Shown piece after piece: positions 1 through 18,172 of a stretch of DNA of 64,000 nt. This stretch comes from the human T2T-CHM13v2.0 reference genome, Homo sapiens, in NCBI RefSeq assembly GCF_009914755.1, contig NC_060947.1, one strand, 5' to 3'. The notes below the pieces were generated by a model. The model saw only the letters and a program-made list of their open reading frames with translations. It made no database searches and was not told the DNA's origin. Positions within the stretch are counted from its first letter, which is position 1; every line of letters begins with the position of its first letter. Position numbers and translations under genes: made by a program.

Positions 1-19
1 AAGTACTCATTACTCTTCT

Positions 20-620
20 CTGGAGAAAGAATGGAGATGGAAATGTTTAAGAGGCAGTTAGAAACAAGGGAAAGCTCAGGAGAGCTGTTAAATCCAAAGC
101 TATATTTTTAGGATCTAACTGCAAAACATTGGTGGTACTTACCCAGAGTTTCAGAAAGTTTGAAGTTAGAGGTCTGATAATTTGAGAAGGAATCTAGCAA
201 AGGAGTCTGAAGGAATGGATAGGATGAAATAGGGAGCACACTGTCCAAGAAGCCAAGGGAGGCAGGATAATTTGAAAGTGGAAGAGTATTTCGTGGGGTC
301 AAATGAAATGAAGATATCTAGAAAACAAAGAGGGATATGAGGCCATTGGGAGTTTACTTTAAGAGACAGCAGAGAACTAGGAATGAGTTAGACAAGAGGC
401 TAAGTAGTGAGGGTGGTGCAGCAAAGACAGTAAAGGAAAAGCAACTCTTTCAACATGAATGATGGAATAAGAGGGATACAGGTGACAGTAATTCAAAAAA
501 AGTAGCAGCCATAAGGGAAGGTTATTTTCGGATACTCAAAATCAGAGCATGTTGTATGCTAGGGGAATAATACCAGTGGAGAAGAAGACACTGATAAGGC
601 AGAATAAAGAGGATATATTT
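20..620 (-). mobile_element. Highly decayed L2 LINE fragments
   Basis: Purine-rich sequence resembling antisense L2; boundaries approximate. Confidence 0.4.
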
Positions 621-636
621 GTAAAGCAGGCTCTCT

Positions 637-1163
637 CTCTTTTATTTTATTTTATTATTATTATACTTTAAGTTTTAGGGTACATGTGCACAATGTGCAG
701 GTTAGTTACGTATGTATACATGTGCCATGCTGGTGTGCTGCACCCACTAACTCATCATTTAGCATTAGGTATATCTCCTAAATCTATCCCTCCCCCCTCC
801 CCCCACCCCACAACAGTCCCCAGAGTGTGACGTTCCCCTTCCTGTGTCCATGTGTTCTCATTATTCAATTCCCACCTATGAGTGAGAATATGCGGTGCTT
901 GGTTTTTTGTTCTTGCGATAGTTTACTGAGAATGATGATTTCCAATTTCATCTATGTCCCTACAAAGGACATGAACTCATCATTTTTTATGGCTGCATAG
1001 TATTCCATGGTGTATATATGCCACATTTTCTTAATCCAGTCTATCATTATTGGACATTTCGGTTGGTTCCAAGTCTTTGCTATTGTGAATAGTGCCGCAA
1101 TAAACATACGTGTGCATGTGTCTTTATAGCAGCATGATTTGTAGTCCTTTGGGTATATACCTA
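637..1163 (-). mobile_element. 5'-truncated young L1PA (L1PA2-4-like) 3' end
   Basis: Typical antisense L1 3' UTR (ttatactttaagttttagggtacatgtgcac...) with T-rich tail. Perfect 13-bp TSD aagcaggctctct at 624-636 and 1165-1177. Carries the GAG-type, not the Ta ACA, diagnostic. Confidence 0.95.
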
Positions 1164-2307
1164 TAAGCAGGCTCTCTTAAACTATGCAGAGGTAGTCCTA
1201 GGTTGTAGCCACATTAAAGGTGTCCCTAGTGGAGGATCTGACATCTAATCCAGGAGAAGTGATGTGAGGTCAAATCAGAAGCAAGCAATCCCACTGAAGC
1301 TGTTCTATGACAAAGTGGAATTTATACAAGGGAGGCAAGATTAATTCAATATTCAAAAATCAATCTATGTTATCCACCATATCAAGTTAAGAAAAAAAAT
1401 CACATGATAATATAAATCAATGATTGTTCTCATTTTTTAAAACATCATATTAGAAGATTTAGCCAGCAGAATAAAGCAAGAAAATAAAATAAAAGGCATA
1501 CAGACTGGAAAAAAGAAAATTAAACTTCTACTTTCAAATGATGTGGTTGTATGTATAGAAAATCTCAAGAAATCTAGAAAAGAATTCCCAGAACTAATAA
1601 ATAACTTCAACAAGGTAACAGTATACGAGTGTACGAGATCAACATGCAAAAATCAATTACATTTCTAAATGCTAACAACTAACATGTGGAAATCAAAATC
1701 TAAAAACATAATTTACAATCATGCCAAAGAAAATCTGTATAAATGCTTAAGAAAACACATGCAGGATCTATATACTGAACATTACAAAGTGCTGATAAGA
1801 GATATCAAAAAAATCTAAAAATGTAAGAACATACTATATTTATGGATTGAAAGTGTCAGCATTATAAAGATGTTAATTTCCCCCAGATTCATCTAAAGGT
1901 TTAGTGAAATTTCTATCAAAATTCCAGCATAATTTCATTTTAGACATAGACCTACTTATTCTAAAATGTAAATGGAAAGTCACAGTCCATATAACAGCTA
2001 TAACAATCTTGTGAAAAAAGATTAAAGTAAAAGAAACCATTCTATCTGATATTAAGGCTCACTATATAGATAGAGGAATCATGACAGTGTCATGATTGGC
2101 AGAACGGCAGGCATATGAATTAATGGAAGGAAATAGATAACCCAGAAATGGACCCACACAAATATATCCAGTTCAATAGAGGAAAGATAGCCTTTTCAAT
2201 AAATGGTCCTGAAACAATGTGATATCCACAGACAAAAAGAAAAAAGAAACTTTGACTTGAACCTCACACATTGCACAAACATTAATTCAAAATGGATCAT
2301 AGATTTA

Positions 2308-2568
<261 letters not shown>

Positions 2569-2899
2569 TTAAGTACCTATTTTTATTTAATGTTTATAAC
2601 AATGCTGGATCATAGATTTAAATGTAGAAGGTAAAACAAAGACAATTTTAGAAGAAAACATGGGAGAAAAATCTTTGGGAACAAGACTTAGTGAGGAATT
2701 TTTAGTTTTGAAACTAAAAGCACAATCTGTAAGAGGAAAAAGTGATAAATTGGTCTTCATCAAAATGTAAAGATTTTTGCTGTATGAAATATCCTGTTAC
2801 GAAAATTAAAAAGACAAACTACGATCTTGGAGAAAATATCTGCAATCCGCATACTTGACAAAGGACTAGTATCTAGAATATATGAAGAACTCTCAATTC

Positions 2900-3168
2900 G
2901 GCTGGGTGTGGTGGCTCACAAGGTCAGACATTCAAGACCAGCCTGGCCAAGATGGTGAAATCCCGTCTCTACTAAAAATACAAAAATTAGCCGGGCGTGG
3001 TAGCAGGCACCTGTAATCCCAGCTACTTGGGAGTCTGAGGCAGATAATTGCTTGAACCCAGGAGGCAGAGGTTGCAGTGAGCAGAAATCATGCCACTGTA
3101 CTCCAGCCTGGGTGACAGAGTGAGACTCTGTCTCAAAACCACCACCACTACCACCACCACCACAACAA
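2900..3168 (+). mobile_element. AluS-type element with left-arm deletion and (CCA)n tail
   Basis: ggctcac joins directly to aaggtcag; tail is a CCA microsatellite; flanking repeat aactctcaa on both sides. Confidence 0.9.
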
Positions 3169-4209
3169 CTCTCAAATCTCAATCCTAAAAATACAAACAA
3201 TTCAATCACATGATGACCAAGGACATTTCACCAAGAAGGATATGCAGATGGTGGTAAAATAGCAATGAAAACATCTCTAGCCATTAGGGAAATGCAAATT
3301 AAAACCACATGTAATGCAGTATTACTGCACATCTGTCAGAATTAGAAAAACAAAAAGTAGTGACACCACTAAACACTGAGGAGGATATGGAGAACCTAGC
3401 TCCCTTATTTATTGCTGGTGGGAATATTAAATGGTACAACATCTCTTTGAAACAGTTTGGCAGTTTCTTAGAGAAGAAACACCATGTGATCCACAGTCAC
3501 ACTCTTGAGGATTTATTCTAAAGAAATGAAAAATGTATGTCCACACAAAAACCTGTACACCAAAGTTTATAGAAGCTTTATTCATTATAGCCCTAAATTG
3601 GAAAAATAAAAACACAAATGTCCTTCACTGGGTAAATGCTTAAACAAACTGTGGTACATCCATACCATGGAATACTACTCAGCAATAAGAAGAAATGCAC
3701 TATTGATGCATACCACATCTTGGACGAATCTCCAGAGACTTACACTAAGTGAATAAGGCCAATCCCAAGAGGAAAAGTGCATTTGTATGATGTTCTTGGA
3801 ATGGCAAAATTTTAGAAATGAACAGATTAGTCATTCCAGTGCCTAGGAATGGGGAGATGGGCAGAGAAGGAGACAGATGTAGTTGTAAAAGGGTAACACA
3901 AGGGATATTTTTGGTAATAGAACTGTCCGTTATTTTGATCACGGTGGTGGATACATCAACCTGTACATGTGATAAAATTGTATACAACTAAATACCCTCA
4001 TACCCACACAAATGAATACAAGTCAAACTGGAGAAATCTAAATAAAATCGGTAGATTGTATCAATGTCAATATCATAGTTGGGGCATCATACTACAGTTT
4101 TATAAGATGCTATCATTGGAAAAAACTGGGCAATAGATAAACTAGATGTTACTGTAACAAATGCATATTAATCTATAATTATTTTAAGAAAATTTTCAGT
4201 TTAGAAACA

Positions 4210-4490
4210 AGTGATTAACTGCCATAAGTGGTAGAAATAAAAATGGCATGAGTGAAAATAGGGATACTAGGCAAAAGTCTATCACAGTCCTCCAGATGAT
4301 AGATGATGGCGGCCTTAATTAAGGTGCTGGCAGTAGACATGGAGAAAAGCAGATGAATTCAAGTTATTTAGAAACCAGTATGTATAGCACTTGTCAGCGA
4401 ATGAGGTAAGGACTGGGTGACAAGCACTGAAGTCATCTCTAAGGCTTTGATGCTGGATACCTTAGAGAATAGCAATACAACTGGGATTAA
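4210..4490 (-). mobile_element. L2 fragment
   Basis: ccagatgatagatgatggcggccttaattaaggtgctggcagtagacatggagaaaag resembles antisense L2. Confidence 0.6.
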
Positions 4491-4499
4491 AATTCATTT

Positions 4500-5790
4500 T
4501 ATACAAGATCTACATGAGGAAAGCTATAAAACTTTGATGAAATAAAAAGATTCTAAATGAATGGAGAAATAGTCCATGTACATGGATAGAAAGATTCAAT
4601 ATTGTCAAGATGTCAGTCTTTTCCATCTTAATCTGTAAATTAAATGCAATCTCAATCAAGATTTCATCAAGTTATTTTATGGACATTTTGTTGGAGGACT
4701 AAAACTTCCTGATGTCAAGACTTACCATAAAGCTATAGTAATCAATACAACGAGTTATTGGTCAAAGAATAGACAAATAGATCAGTGGAACAGAATAGAG
4801 AGCCCAGAAATAGACCCACATGAATATAGTCAACTGATTTTTGATCAGGGAGCAAAAGCAATTCAATGGAGAAAAGATAGTCCTTTCAACAAGTGGCGCT
4901 AGAACAACTGGACACCCTCATGCAAAAGGGTGGGCCTGGTGGCTCACGCCTGTAATCCTAGCATTATGGGAGGCCGAGGCGAGTGGATTACTTGCGGCCA
5001 GGAGTTCGAGACAAGCCGGGTCAACATGACGAAACCCTACGTCTACTAAAAATACAAAAATTAGCTGGACGTGGTGGCATAAGCCTGTAATCCCAGCTAC
5101 TCGGGAGGCTGAAGCATGAGAATGGCTTGAACCCAGGAGGCAGAGTTACAGTGAGCCAAGATTGTGCCACTGCACTCCAGCCTGGGTGCCTGGGTGACAG
5201 AGTGAGACTCTGTCTCAAAAACAAAAATCAAAAAAAATTATAATCTAGACATAGACATTACACATTACATTCTTCATAAAAATTAACTCAAAGTGCATCA
5301 TAGACCTAAAGGTAAAATGTAAAACTATTAAGCTCCTAGAAGATAATATAGGATAAAGTATAGGTGACCTTGGGTTTGGTGATGACTTTTTAGATACAAC
5401 GCCATAAGCATGATACATGAAAGAAAAAATTGGTAAGTTGGACACTGCTAAGACAACTTCTACTTTGTGAAAAATATTGTTAAGAAAATAAAAAAGCCAC
5501 AGACTGGCAGAAAATATTTTTAAAACATATCTGATAAAGAACTGGTATCCAAAATACACAAAGAACCCTTAAATCTCAACAATTAGATGACTCAATTTAA
5601 AAATTATAAAGCAAGTGAAAAGATGATGAACATCATTTGTCATTAGGGAATTGCAAATTAGAACAATGGGATACCACTATACACATACTAGAATGGCTAA
5701 ACTCCAAAACACTGACAACACCTACTACTGACAAGGATGTGTTACAACAACAACTCCCATTCAATGCTAGTAGAAATGCAAAAACTCATT
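4500..5790 (+). mobile_element. Old L1M ORF2 3' region, interrupted by an Alu
   Basis: gatcagtggaacagaatagagagcccagaaatagaccc and other ORF2 C-terminal motifs. Confidence 0.85.
4928..5237 (+). mobile_element. AluS-type element
   Basis: Full dimeric Alu with A-rich tail; small cctgggtg duplication near the 3' end. Confidence 0.92.
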
Positions 5791-5884
5791 TAAACTTTTA
5801 TGGACACTTAAAAGTTTCCCTCCAATAAGGTGGTACCAATTTATAGTTTCTGAAAATACTTGTGCATACTTGTTGAGAGTTATA

Positions 5885-6140
5885 CATAGTACTTAAATAC
5901 CTGGAATCTACAGCTAGGTTGCCTACTTTCAAATCGTTGCTCTGCAACTTAGTAGCTGTGTAGTTTTATGCAAGTTATCTAACTTCTCTGTGCCTCAGTT
6001 GAATCATCTGTAAAACAGAGATCATAACATTTAGTGTACCTCATGGGATCATTGTGAGGATTAAATGAGTTAATATTTGTAATGTTTTAAGAATTATACC
6101 TGGAACAGTGTAAGTGCTATGTATTAGATGTTATTACTGT
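5885..6140 (+). mobile_element. MIR SINE
   Basis: Core gcaagttatctaacttctctgtgcctcagtt and 3' part tgtgaggattaaatgag. Confidence 0.85.
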
Positions 6141-6170
6141 TCCTCATATGCTGCCTAAGAGTCTTTAATT

Positions 6171-6245
6171 TATATTATGTATTATATATATATATATTAT
6201 ATATGTATAAATATATATACTTTTTGTATATGTATAAATATAAAT
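6171..6245. repeat. Imperfect (TA)n low-complexity tract
   Basis: Seen directly. Confidence 0.85.
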
Positions 6246-6459
6246 TTTAATCTGAGGGTTAAAAATATTGTCTCTTAGAAGTGTCCATTTGCATTTCCCT
6301 TTTATGTATTAAGGTTTAGATATATAGGGTTTCATATATTTGAAAGCTATTTATAATTTCTGTTCTGTCTTTTGTGATTTTTCTATTGAGTTGTTGGTAT
6401 TTTATTGATTTGTAGGAGTTGTTTATATATTAAGAAAATCTCCCTGTATCTGTGGGGTT

Positions 6460-7720
6460 TATTATTTCATTAGATATTTATTCAGTGCTTATTAAGTATC
6501 AAGTACTATACTTGGTTCTAGAGAGCAGCACTGAACAAAACAAAGCCCCGGCTCTCATGAATCTTACATGTAATGGAGAGAGACAGACAATAAGAAAAGA
6601 ACTAATACGCTGGGTGATGATAAGTGGGATAAAATAATAAAGCATATACAAGGAATAGGGAGTGCTTGGTATGAAGGAGTTGCTATTTTATATATAGTGG
6701 TCAGGAAAGGCCTTCCTAATAAGGTGACATTCGAATAGATACCTGAAGGCAATGAAGTAAGCCATGTGGACACTTATTCATTTCAAAAGTATTTATTAAG
6801 CCTGTGCCAGGCACAATTCTAGACTCTTGTGTTGCAGTAGTAAATAAGACAAACCACAAAAAGTTTTACCCCGTGGATCACACACTCTGGGGTGGGGGGA
6901 AACAGAAATAAATAATAAATGTAATGAATTAATTATATACTATTTTAGTAGTTGATCAATGCTATGGGTAAAAGAAACAGTAAAGTAAGTTCAGGCGGAT
7001 CAAGAGTGCCAGATCCAGAGTTTGTTACATTAAATAGATGACACCAAGGTGGTAATGGGGTGCCAGATCATGAAGGGCCTCGTGGGCCATTGTACGGATT
7101 TGGGCTTTGACTCTGAATTAGATAGGAGTCACTGGAGGATTTTAAACAGAAGAGTGATGTGACATAACCTTCATTTTTAGAGGATCAGTCAGACTGCTAT
7201 ATTGATAACAAACTTGAAGGAGGAAGGACAGAAGCTGGAAGAGCCATAAAAAGCTCTTGCATTCATCCAGGCAAGAGATATGATGGTGGCTTGCACCAGG
7301 GTGTTAGCAATGGTGGGGGTGAAAGTGATTGAACTCTGGAGATATTTTGGAGGTAGATGTATAAAGGTTTCCTGAAATATTAAATGTAGGGTGTGAGAAG
7401 GGAGGAGATAAGAATGACTCCAAGATTTTTGTACCTAACATTGGAACGATGGAGTTGTCATCAACTGAGATGGGAAAGTTTGTGATTAGAACAGTTTGGG
7501 GACTGACCACAGATAGATGCAACTTGAAGCCATGAGACTAGACAAAATCACCAAGAAAGTAGTGAATGTAGATACTGGATTGGGAGATGAGGAAGAGGAA
7601 GCAAGGGAGATGAAGAAGGAGCACTCAATGAGATAAAGATAGAACTTGCCTATATACATCTGCGAAAAGAGTATTCCAGTGAAAGGAAACAGAAAGTGTG
7701 AAGACCCGGAGGCAGGTCTC
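6460..7720 (-). mobile_element. Two nested/adjacent L2 (L2a-like) 3' fragments
   Basis: Two antisense L2 3' termini (about 6470 and 6780), followed by L2 body sequence (agatcatgaagggcctcgtgggccattg...). Confidence 0.8.
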
Positions 7721-7883
7721 TGCTTGGTATTAGTATTTGTCTTGTACTGTTTTATTTCTATGTAGGAAATTTTATTTTTATGTAGCCATATTTATATTTT
7801 TTCTTTTAATGGCTTTTGGGTTTATGTCAGGCCTTAAAAAGGCTTTGTAAAGTTATCTCACTACCATTTAAAATACAGTGTAT

Positions 7884-8185
7884 AATCCCAGCACTTTGGG
7901 AGCCCAACACGAGCAGATTGCTTCAGCTCACGAGTCTGAGACCAGCCTGGGCAACATGGTGAAACCCTGTCTCTACAGAAAATACAAAAATTAGCCAGGT
8001 GTGGTGGTAGGCACCTGTGGTCCCAGCTACTTGAGAGGCTGAGGAGGGAAGGATCACTACTTGAGCCAGGGAAGTGGAAGTCGAAGTGAGCTGAGATCCT
8101 GCCACTGCACTCCAGCCTGGGTGACAGAGCAAGACCCTGTCTCAAAAAAATAAATAAATACATACATAAAAATAAATAAATGAAA
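7884..8185 (+). mobile_element. AluJ-type element with (TAAA)n tail
   Basis: Starts at taatcccagcactttgggag; J-type gagcaagaccctgtctc end. Confidence 0.9.
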
Positions 8186-8379
8186 TAAAGTGTTTTCCTT
8201 ACTAACTTAATACCAAATTTATTTTATGCTAAATTCTCATATATATTTGGATTGTTTGTTCTTCATTGATTTGTCTATCTAATCACGTGCCTATTCCAAA
8301 CTGCTCTAGTTACTGAAGCTTTGTTCCTGAAGCTTTATAATATGCTTTAATATAAGGTAAATCTATCTCCTCTCTTTAC

Positions 8380-8508
8380 TTTTTTTTTTTTTGTAGAGAT
8401 GGGGTTTTGCTGTGTTGTCCAGGCTGGTCTTGAACTGGCCTGAAGCAATCTGCCCGCCTCAGCCTCCCAAAGTGTTGGGATTACAGGTGTGACACATGGT
8501 GCCCGGCC
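8380..8508 (-). mobile_element. FLAM (free left Alu monomer)
   Basis: Single left monomer with poly-T; flanks cctctctttact / cctctcattact look like a TSD. Confidence 0.85.
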
Positions 8509-10481
8509 GCCCTCTCATTACTCTTGTCCTTCAGAATTCGTCTATTACTGCATGTGTATTTTTTCATGAGAACCTTAGAATCACTTGTCCCTGCCTCCAA
8601 ATCCTGTTTGTGTTTTTATTGGGGCCATATTAAATATAGTGATTAATTTAGGGACAGTTGATATCTTTATAATATTGAGTTTTCTGAGCCAGGAATAAAG
8701 TACAACTATCCATTTTAAGAATTCCTTTATGTACTTTAGTAGCATTTATAATTTTTTTATTTACATATTGTATTTTGCTGGATAGTATTATTCATAGGTC
8801 ATATAGCATTTTTTCTTTTATAAATGAGGTCTATCTTCCCTTTATCCTTTCTAAGTGGTTGTTAACATATAGAAATGTTCTTTATATTTTATTTTGGTAT
8901 CCATTTACTCTACTGTATCATCTTATTGTTTATAATTTTTTCCATTAATATTCTTGAACTTTCTAGGTGTACAACAAAAGTTTCTGAAAGTAATAATTTT
9001 GCATCTTCTTTTTCAGTTTTTTAGACAGTTTTATTCACATATGTTTTATATACCATAAAGTTCAACTGTTTAAAGTAGACAATGTTTTTTGGCATATTTA
9101 CCCAGTTGTACAAGGATCAACATAATCTGATTATAAAATATTATCATGATGCCCCCAAAGAAACCTTGTACTCATTAGCAGTAAATCCTCATCCTCTCAC
9201 TCTCTCCCAGCTTTGGGAAACCACTAACCTGCTTTCTGTCTCTATAGATGTGCTTATTCTGGATATAGCATATAAATGAGATGATATAATATGTAGTTTT
9301 GTGACTGACATCTTTCACTTAGCATGTTTTCAAGGCTAATTCATGCTATAGTATCTATCAATACTTTATTCTTTTTTACTGTGGTAAAATATGCATAATA
9401 TAAAATATACCATTTTCACCATTTTTGAGTGTACAGTTCAGTGGCATGAAACACATTACACTGTTGTGCAAACATCACCACCATCTAGTTCCAGAATTTT
9501 TACATCTAAATGAAAGCTCTGTACCCATTAAACAATAACTCCCCATTCCCTTCTCCCGGAGTCCCTGGTAAAAACTATTCTACTGTCTGTCTCTATGAAT
9601 TTGACTAGTCTAATTACCTCATGTAAGTGAAATCATACATTGTTTATCTTTTTGTGTTTGGCTTATTTGGCTGAATAATATTCTAGCGTATGGATATATC
9701 ACATTTTGTTCATCCATTTATCATCTGCCTATTCATTCATCAGTTTATCCATTCATCACTTTCCACCTTTTGACTGTTATAAACAATGTTGCTGTGAACA
9801 TTAGTATACACGTTTTTGCAGGGACATATGCTTTTATTTCTCTTGGGCATATACCTAGGAGTAGAATTGCTGAGTTACATATTAACTACATGTTTAAATA
9901 TTTGAGGAGATGCGAAACTCTTTCCAAAGAAGCTGTAACATTTTTCATTCCCACCTGCAATAAAGGAGAGTTCCAATTTCTCTCATCCATGCCTATTAAC
10001 TGTTTTACTTTCTTTTTTTTTTAACAGTCACTCTATTGGATGTGAAGTAGTATTCTCCTTGTGGTTTTTATTTGCATTTCCCTATTACTAATGATGTTTA
10101 GCACCTTTTCGTGTGTTTATTGCCATTTGCATATCTCTGGATAAATGTACATTCAAATGATTTTCCCTTAAAAATAATTGGGTTGTCTTTTCATTATTGG
10201 GTTGTAAGAGTTCTTTATAGATTCTGGATACAGGTCCCTTGTTAGATACACGATTTGCAAATGCTTTCCCTAATATTGTGGGTTGACTTTTCACTTTCTT
10301 GATGGTGTCATTTGAATCACAATAGTTTTAATTTTGATGACATCTAATTTACCTATTTTTTTCCTATGGTTGTTTGAACATTTGGTGACATGTCTAAAGA
10401 AACCATTACATAACTTAAGATCATAGAGATTTATGCCTCTGTTTTTTTCTAAACGTTTTATAGTTTTAGCATTACATTTAA

Positions 10482-10640
<159 letters not shown>

Positions 10641-11309
10641 TGCACTTACCTTTAATTCTATGATCCATTTTGAGTTAATTGTTATATATGGTATAAGGAA
10701 GGGGTCCAATTTCATTACTTTGACTGTGGATATCTAGTTGTCTAGGCATCATTTGTTGAAAACATTTTTCCCATTGAATTACCTTGATACCCTTGTTGAA
10801 AATCAATTGAGCATAAATGTGAGGGTTTATTTCTGGACTCACAATTCTATTGTATTGATCTACATGTCTATCCTTATGCCAGTACCATGCTTTCTTGATT
10901 AATATAGCTTTGTAGCAAGTTTTGAAATCTGGAAGTGTGAGTCTACCAACTTTGTTATTTTTCAATATTATTTTGGCTCTTCTGGGTCCCTTATTCTGCC
11001 AAATGAGTTTTAGGATTAGCTTTTTCTATTTCTGCAAAAAATCCACCTGATTTTTAAGGGGATTATGTTTGATTTGTAGATCAATTTCAGCAGTTTTGTC
11101 ATATTAGCAATATTTGTTTTCCCAATCCATGAAAATGAGATGTCTTTCCATTTACTTAAGTCTTCTTCAATTTATCTTAACAGCGTTTTGTAGATTTTAG
11201 TGTACAAATTATACACCTCCTTGGTTAAATGTATTCATAAGTAGTTTATTTTTGATGCTATTATAAATTGAATGGGGTTTTTAATTATTTTTAAGAAAAA
11301 TTATAGTTC

Positions 11310-11626
<317 letters not shown>

Positions 11627-12092
11627 TTATATATTTACAGTGTAAAAACATGATGTTTTGGTATATGAATGCATGGTGAAATGGTTATATCAAGCTAATT
11701 GACATATCTCTCACCTCACATGCTTATTTTTTGTTGTGAGAACATTTAAGATCACTTTTTTGTAATTTTCAAATATACAATACATTATTATTAACTATAG
11801 TCACTATGCTGTACAGTAGATCTCCAGAACTTATTTATCCTGTTTAACTGAAATTTTGTACTCTTTGACCAACATCTTCCCATTCCCAAGCCCCGAACTG
11901 CAGTCCTTGGAAACCACCATTCTACTCTCTGCTTCTATGAGTTCAACTTATTTAGACTCCATGTATAAGTGAAATCATGGAGTATTTGTCTTTCTGTGCC
12001 TGGCTTACTTCATTTAGCATAATTTTCTCCAGGTTCATCCATGCTGTCACAAATAACAGGATTTCCTTGTTCTTAACACTGAATAGTATTCC

Positions 12093-12094
<2 letters not shown>

Positions 12095-12142
<48 letters not shown>
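12095..12142. repeat. (TG)24 microsatellite
   Basis: Perfect dinucleotide run. Confidence 0.97.
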
Positions 12143-12146
<4 letters not shown>

Positions 12147-12780
12147 AAACATTTTCCTTCTCCGTTTATCTATTAATGATTTAGGTTGATTTTATATCTT
12201 GGCTATTGTGAATAATGTCACAATAAACACAGTAGCACAGACATTTCTTTGACATACTGATTTTAATGCCTTTGGATATATACCCAGAAGTGGAATTCCT
12301 GGATCATAGGGTAATTCTATTTTTTACTTTTTGAGGGACTTCCATACTGTTTTCCATAAGGGCTGTACTAATTTACATTCCTTTCCACAGAGTGCAAGCA
12401 TTCCCTTTTTTCTACATCCCCAACAGCACTTGTTATTTTTGCCTTTTTGATAATAGCCACTGTGATGTTGTGATTTTACCAGTTGAATTTTTTTAAAATT
12501 TCCTTTTTGGGTTACTCATTATAGCGTATAGAAGTAGTTTTTTGTGTGTTGATCTTGTATCCTGAAACTTTGCTGAATTTTCTTATTAACCCTAATAGGG
12601 ATTTTTTTTCTGGTAGATTCTTTAGGATGTTCTATATATAACATCATGTCATTGGGAAAAGAGAGTTTTACTTTTTCTTTTCCTATTTGGATGCCTTTAA
12701 TTTATTCATCAGTTTTTTGTTTTGTTTTGTTTTGTTTGGCTAGAGCTTCTAGAAAAATGTTGAATAAAAGTGGTGAGAGT

Positions 12781-16647
<3,867 letters not shown>

Positions 16648-16650
<3 letters not shown>

Positions 16651-16816
16651 ATATATATACACATATATGTGTGTGTGTATATATATATGTGTATATATAT
16701 ACATACATATATGTGTATATATATACATGTATATATGTATGTATATATACATATATATGTATGTATATATATACATGTATACATGTATGTGTGTATATAT
16801 ACATGTATATATGTAC
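16648..16816. repeat. Compound (TA)/(TG)/(CA) alternating purine-pyrimidine tract replacing the L1 tail
   Basis: Seen directly, about 170 bp. Confidence 0.95.
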
Positions 16817-16864
16817 TATTAAACCTACTGAAATTGTATGTGAAATTTGGTGCATTGTTTTCTA

Positions 16865-17060
16865 ACCGGGATTCAAATATTAGCTGTATGTTTTGCTGGC
16901 TATGTAACCTGAGGCAAGTCATTTAACCTCTCTGAACTTCCATTTCCCTAACTCTAAATCAAAGATCAAAATATCTGTCTTATCAGGGGCTTATTGTGGG
17001 AATTAGGGTGAGATATGTCCAGAACCTGGCAAAGTGCTTTGCACAGTAGTTGCCCATTAG
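16865..17060 (+). mobile_element. MIR SINE
   Basis: ctatgtaacctgaggcaagtcatttaacctctctgaac core. Confidence 0.8.
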
Positions 17061-17146
17061 ATGGGAGCAGTTAGAACCCAAGCCTCTTTCCTCCTGGACT
17101 GTATGGTTCCCCTTGACCACGCTGCCTTCCTGAAGATCAGAACTTC

Positions 17147-17695
17147 TGTGCTAGGTAGAATTCTAAGACAACCTTCAATGAGTCACACTTTTGTATAATT
17201 CCCTCCCTTTGATTGTAGGTAGGAACTGTTACTTACTTTTAGCCAATAGACTATGACAAAGATTATGAAATATCACTCCCATAATTAGGTTACCTTATTT
17301 GCTGAAGGTGAAGGGATTTTGCCGATGTAATTAAGGCCTTTATCAGTTGACTTTAAATTAATCAAAAAGGAGACTGCATTGGGTGGGACTGACCTAATCA
17401 GGTGAACCCTTTATAAAAGGATGTACAGGACAGAGACAAAATAACTCTCTTAAAGAAGCAAGCTGCTGGGAAATAGACTCTGCCAACAACCATATGTGCT
17501 TGAAAGAGGTCTCCAAGCCTCAGATTAGATCATAGCCCTGACCAGCACCTTGATCTCAGCCTGTGAGGCCATGGCCAGGTGACTCAACTAAACTGGAGAC
17601 TGTGAGCCCCACAGAAACTGTGAGATAATTAATATGTGTTGTTTTACACCACTAAGTTTGTGGTAATTTCTTATGCAGCACGAGAAAGTTAATAG
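17147..17695 (+). mobile_element. MaLR solo LTR (MLT1E/F-like)
   Basis: Starts tgtgctaggtagaattctaagac; ends ccactaagtttgtggtaatttcttatgcagc...taataga; 5-bp flanks acttc/gcttc. Confidence 0.8.
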
Positions 17696-17699
17696 AGCT

Positions 17700-18172
17700 T
17701 CTTGGCCTGTTTGTATGCGGGAGACCCTTTTGGCAGTCTGATAAAGACTATGGAGCCCTTTTCAAAATAAATAAATGCCTGAAATAAATACATAAGATTC
17801 CCAAGAAGATTACCATGGAAAAAGTTATCCAACTATTTGAAAATATGTGATATATAATATCATATTCTGAACATATTAAACAAAATCTAGTAGTGAGTTT
17901 AATAACTTTTGTAATTTTGAAATAGTGGTGAGCATGATCTTTGGAGATATACCTACAGCAACTGTAATGTTATATAAAAATATCTGTGATTTCTGTTGGT
18001 GACCATGTCATAGGTACTGCTGATGTCACTTTGTTCTACTGCTTACACCATAAGGAAAGGAACTGTGACGTTTCAGTTACAGGTTAGTAGAAATAGAGAT
18101 GTCATTTTTTTCTACCTAAATTAATAGACCTCTGAATTCTACCTGTGGATTCTAGGTTACAAACCCTTACTG
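17700..18172. mobile_element. hAT-Charlie DNA transposon relic (Charlie4-like)
   Basis: acccttttggcagtctgataaagactatggagccc and terminus aggttacaaaccc resemble recalled Charlie consensus. Confidence 0.6.

Larger units (their letters stand above)
7740..9010 (-). mobile_element. Very old L1ME-like ORF2 fragments, interrupted by an Alu and a FLAM
   Basis: T-rich antisense L1 (gattaatttagggacagttgatatctttataatattgag). Confidence 0.65.
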
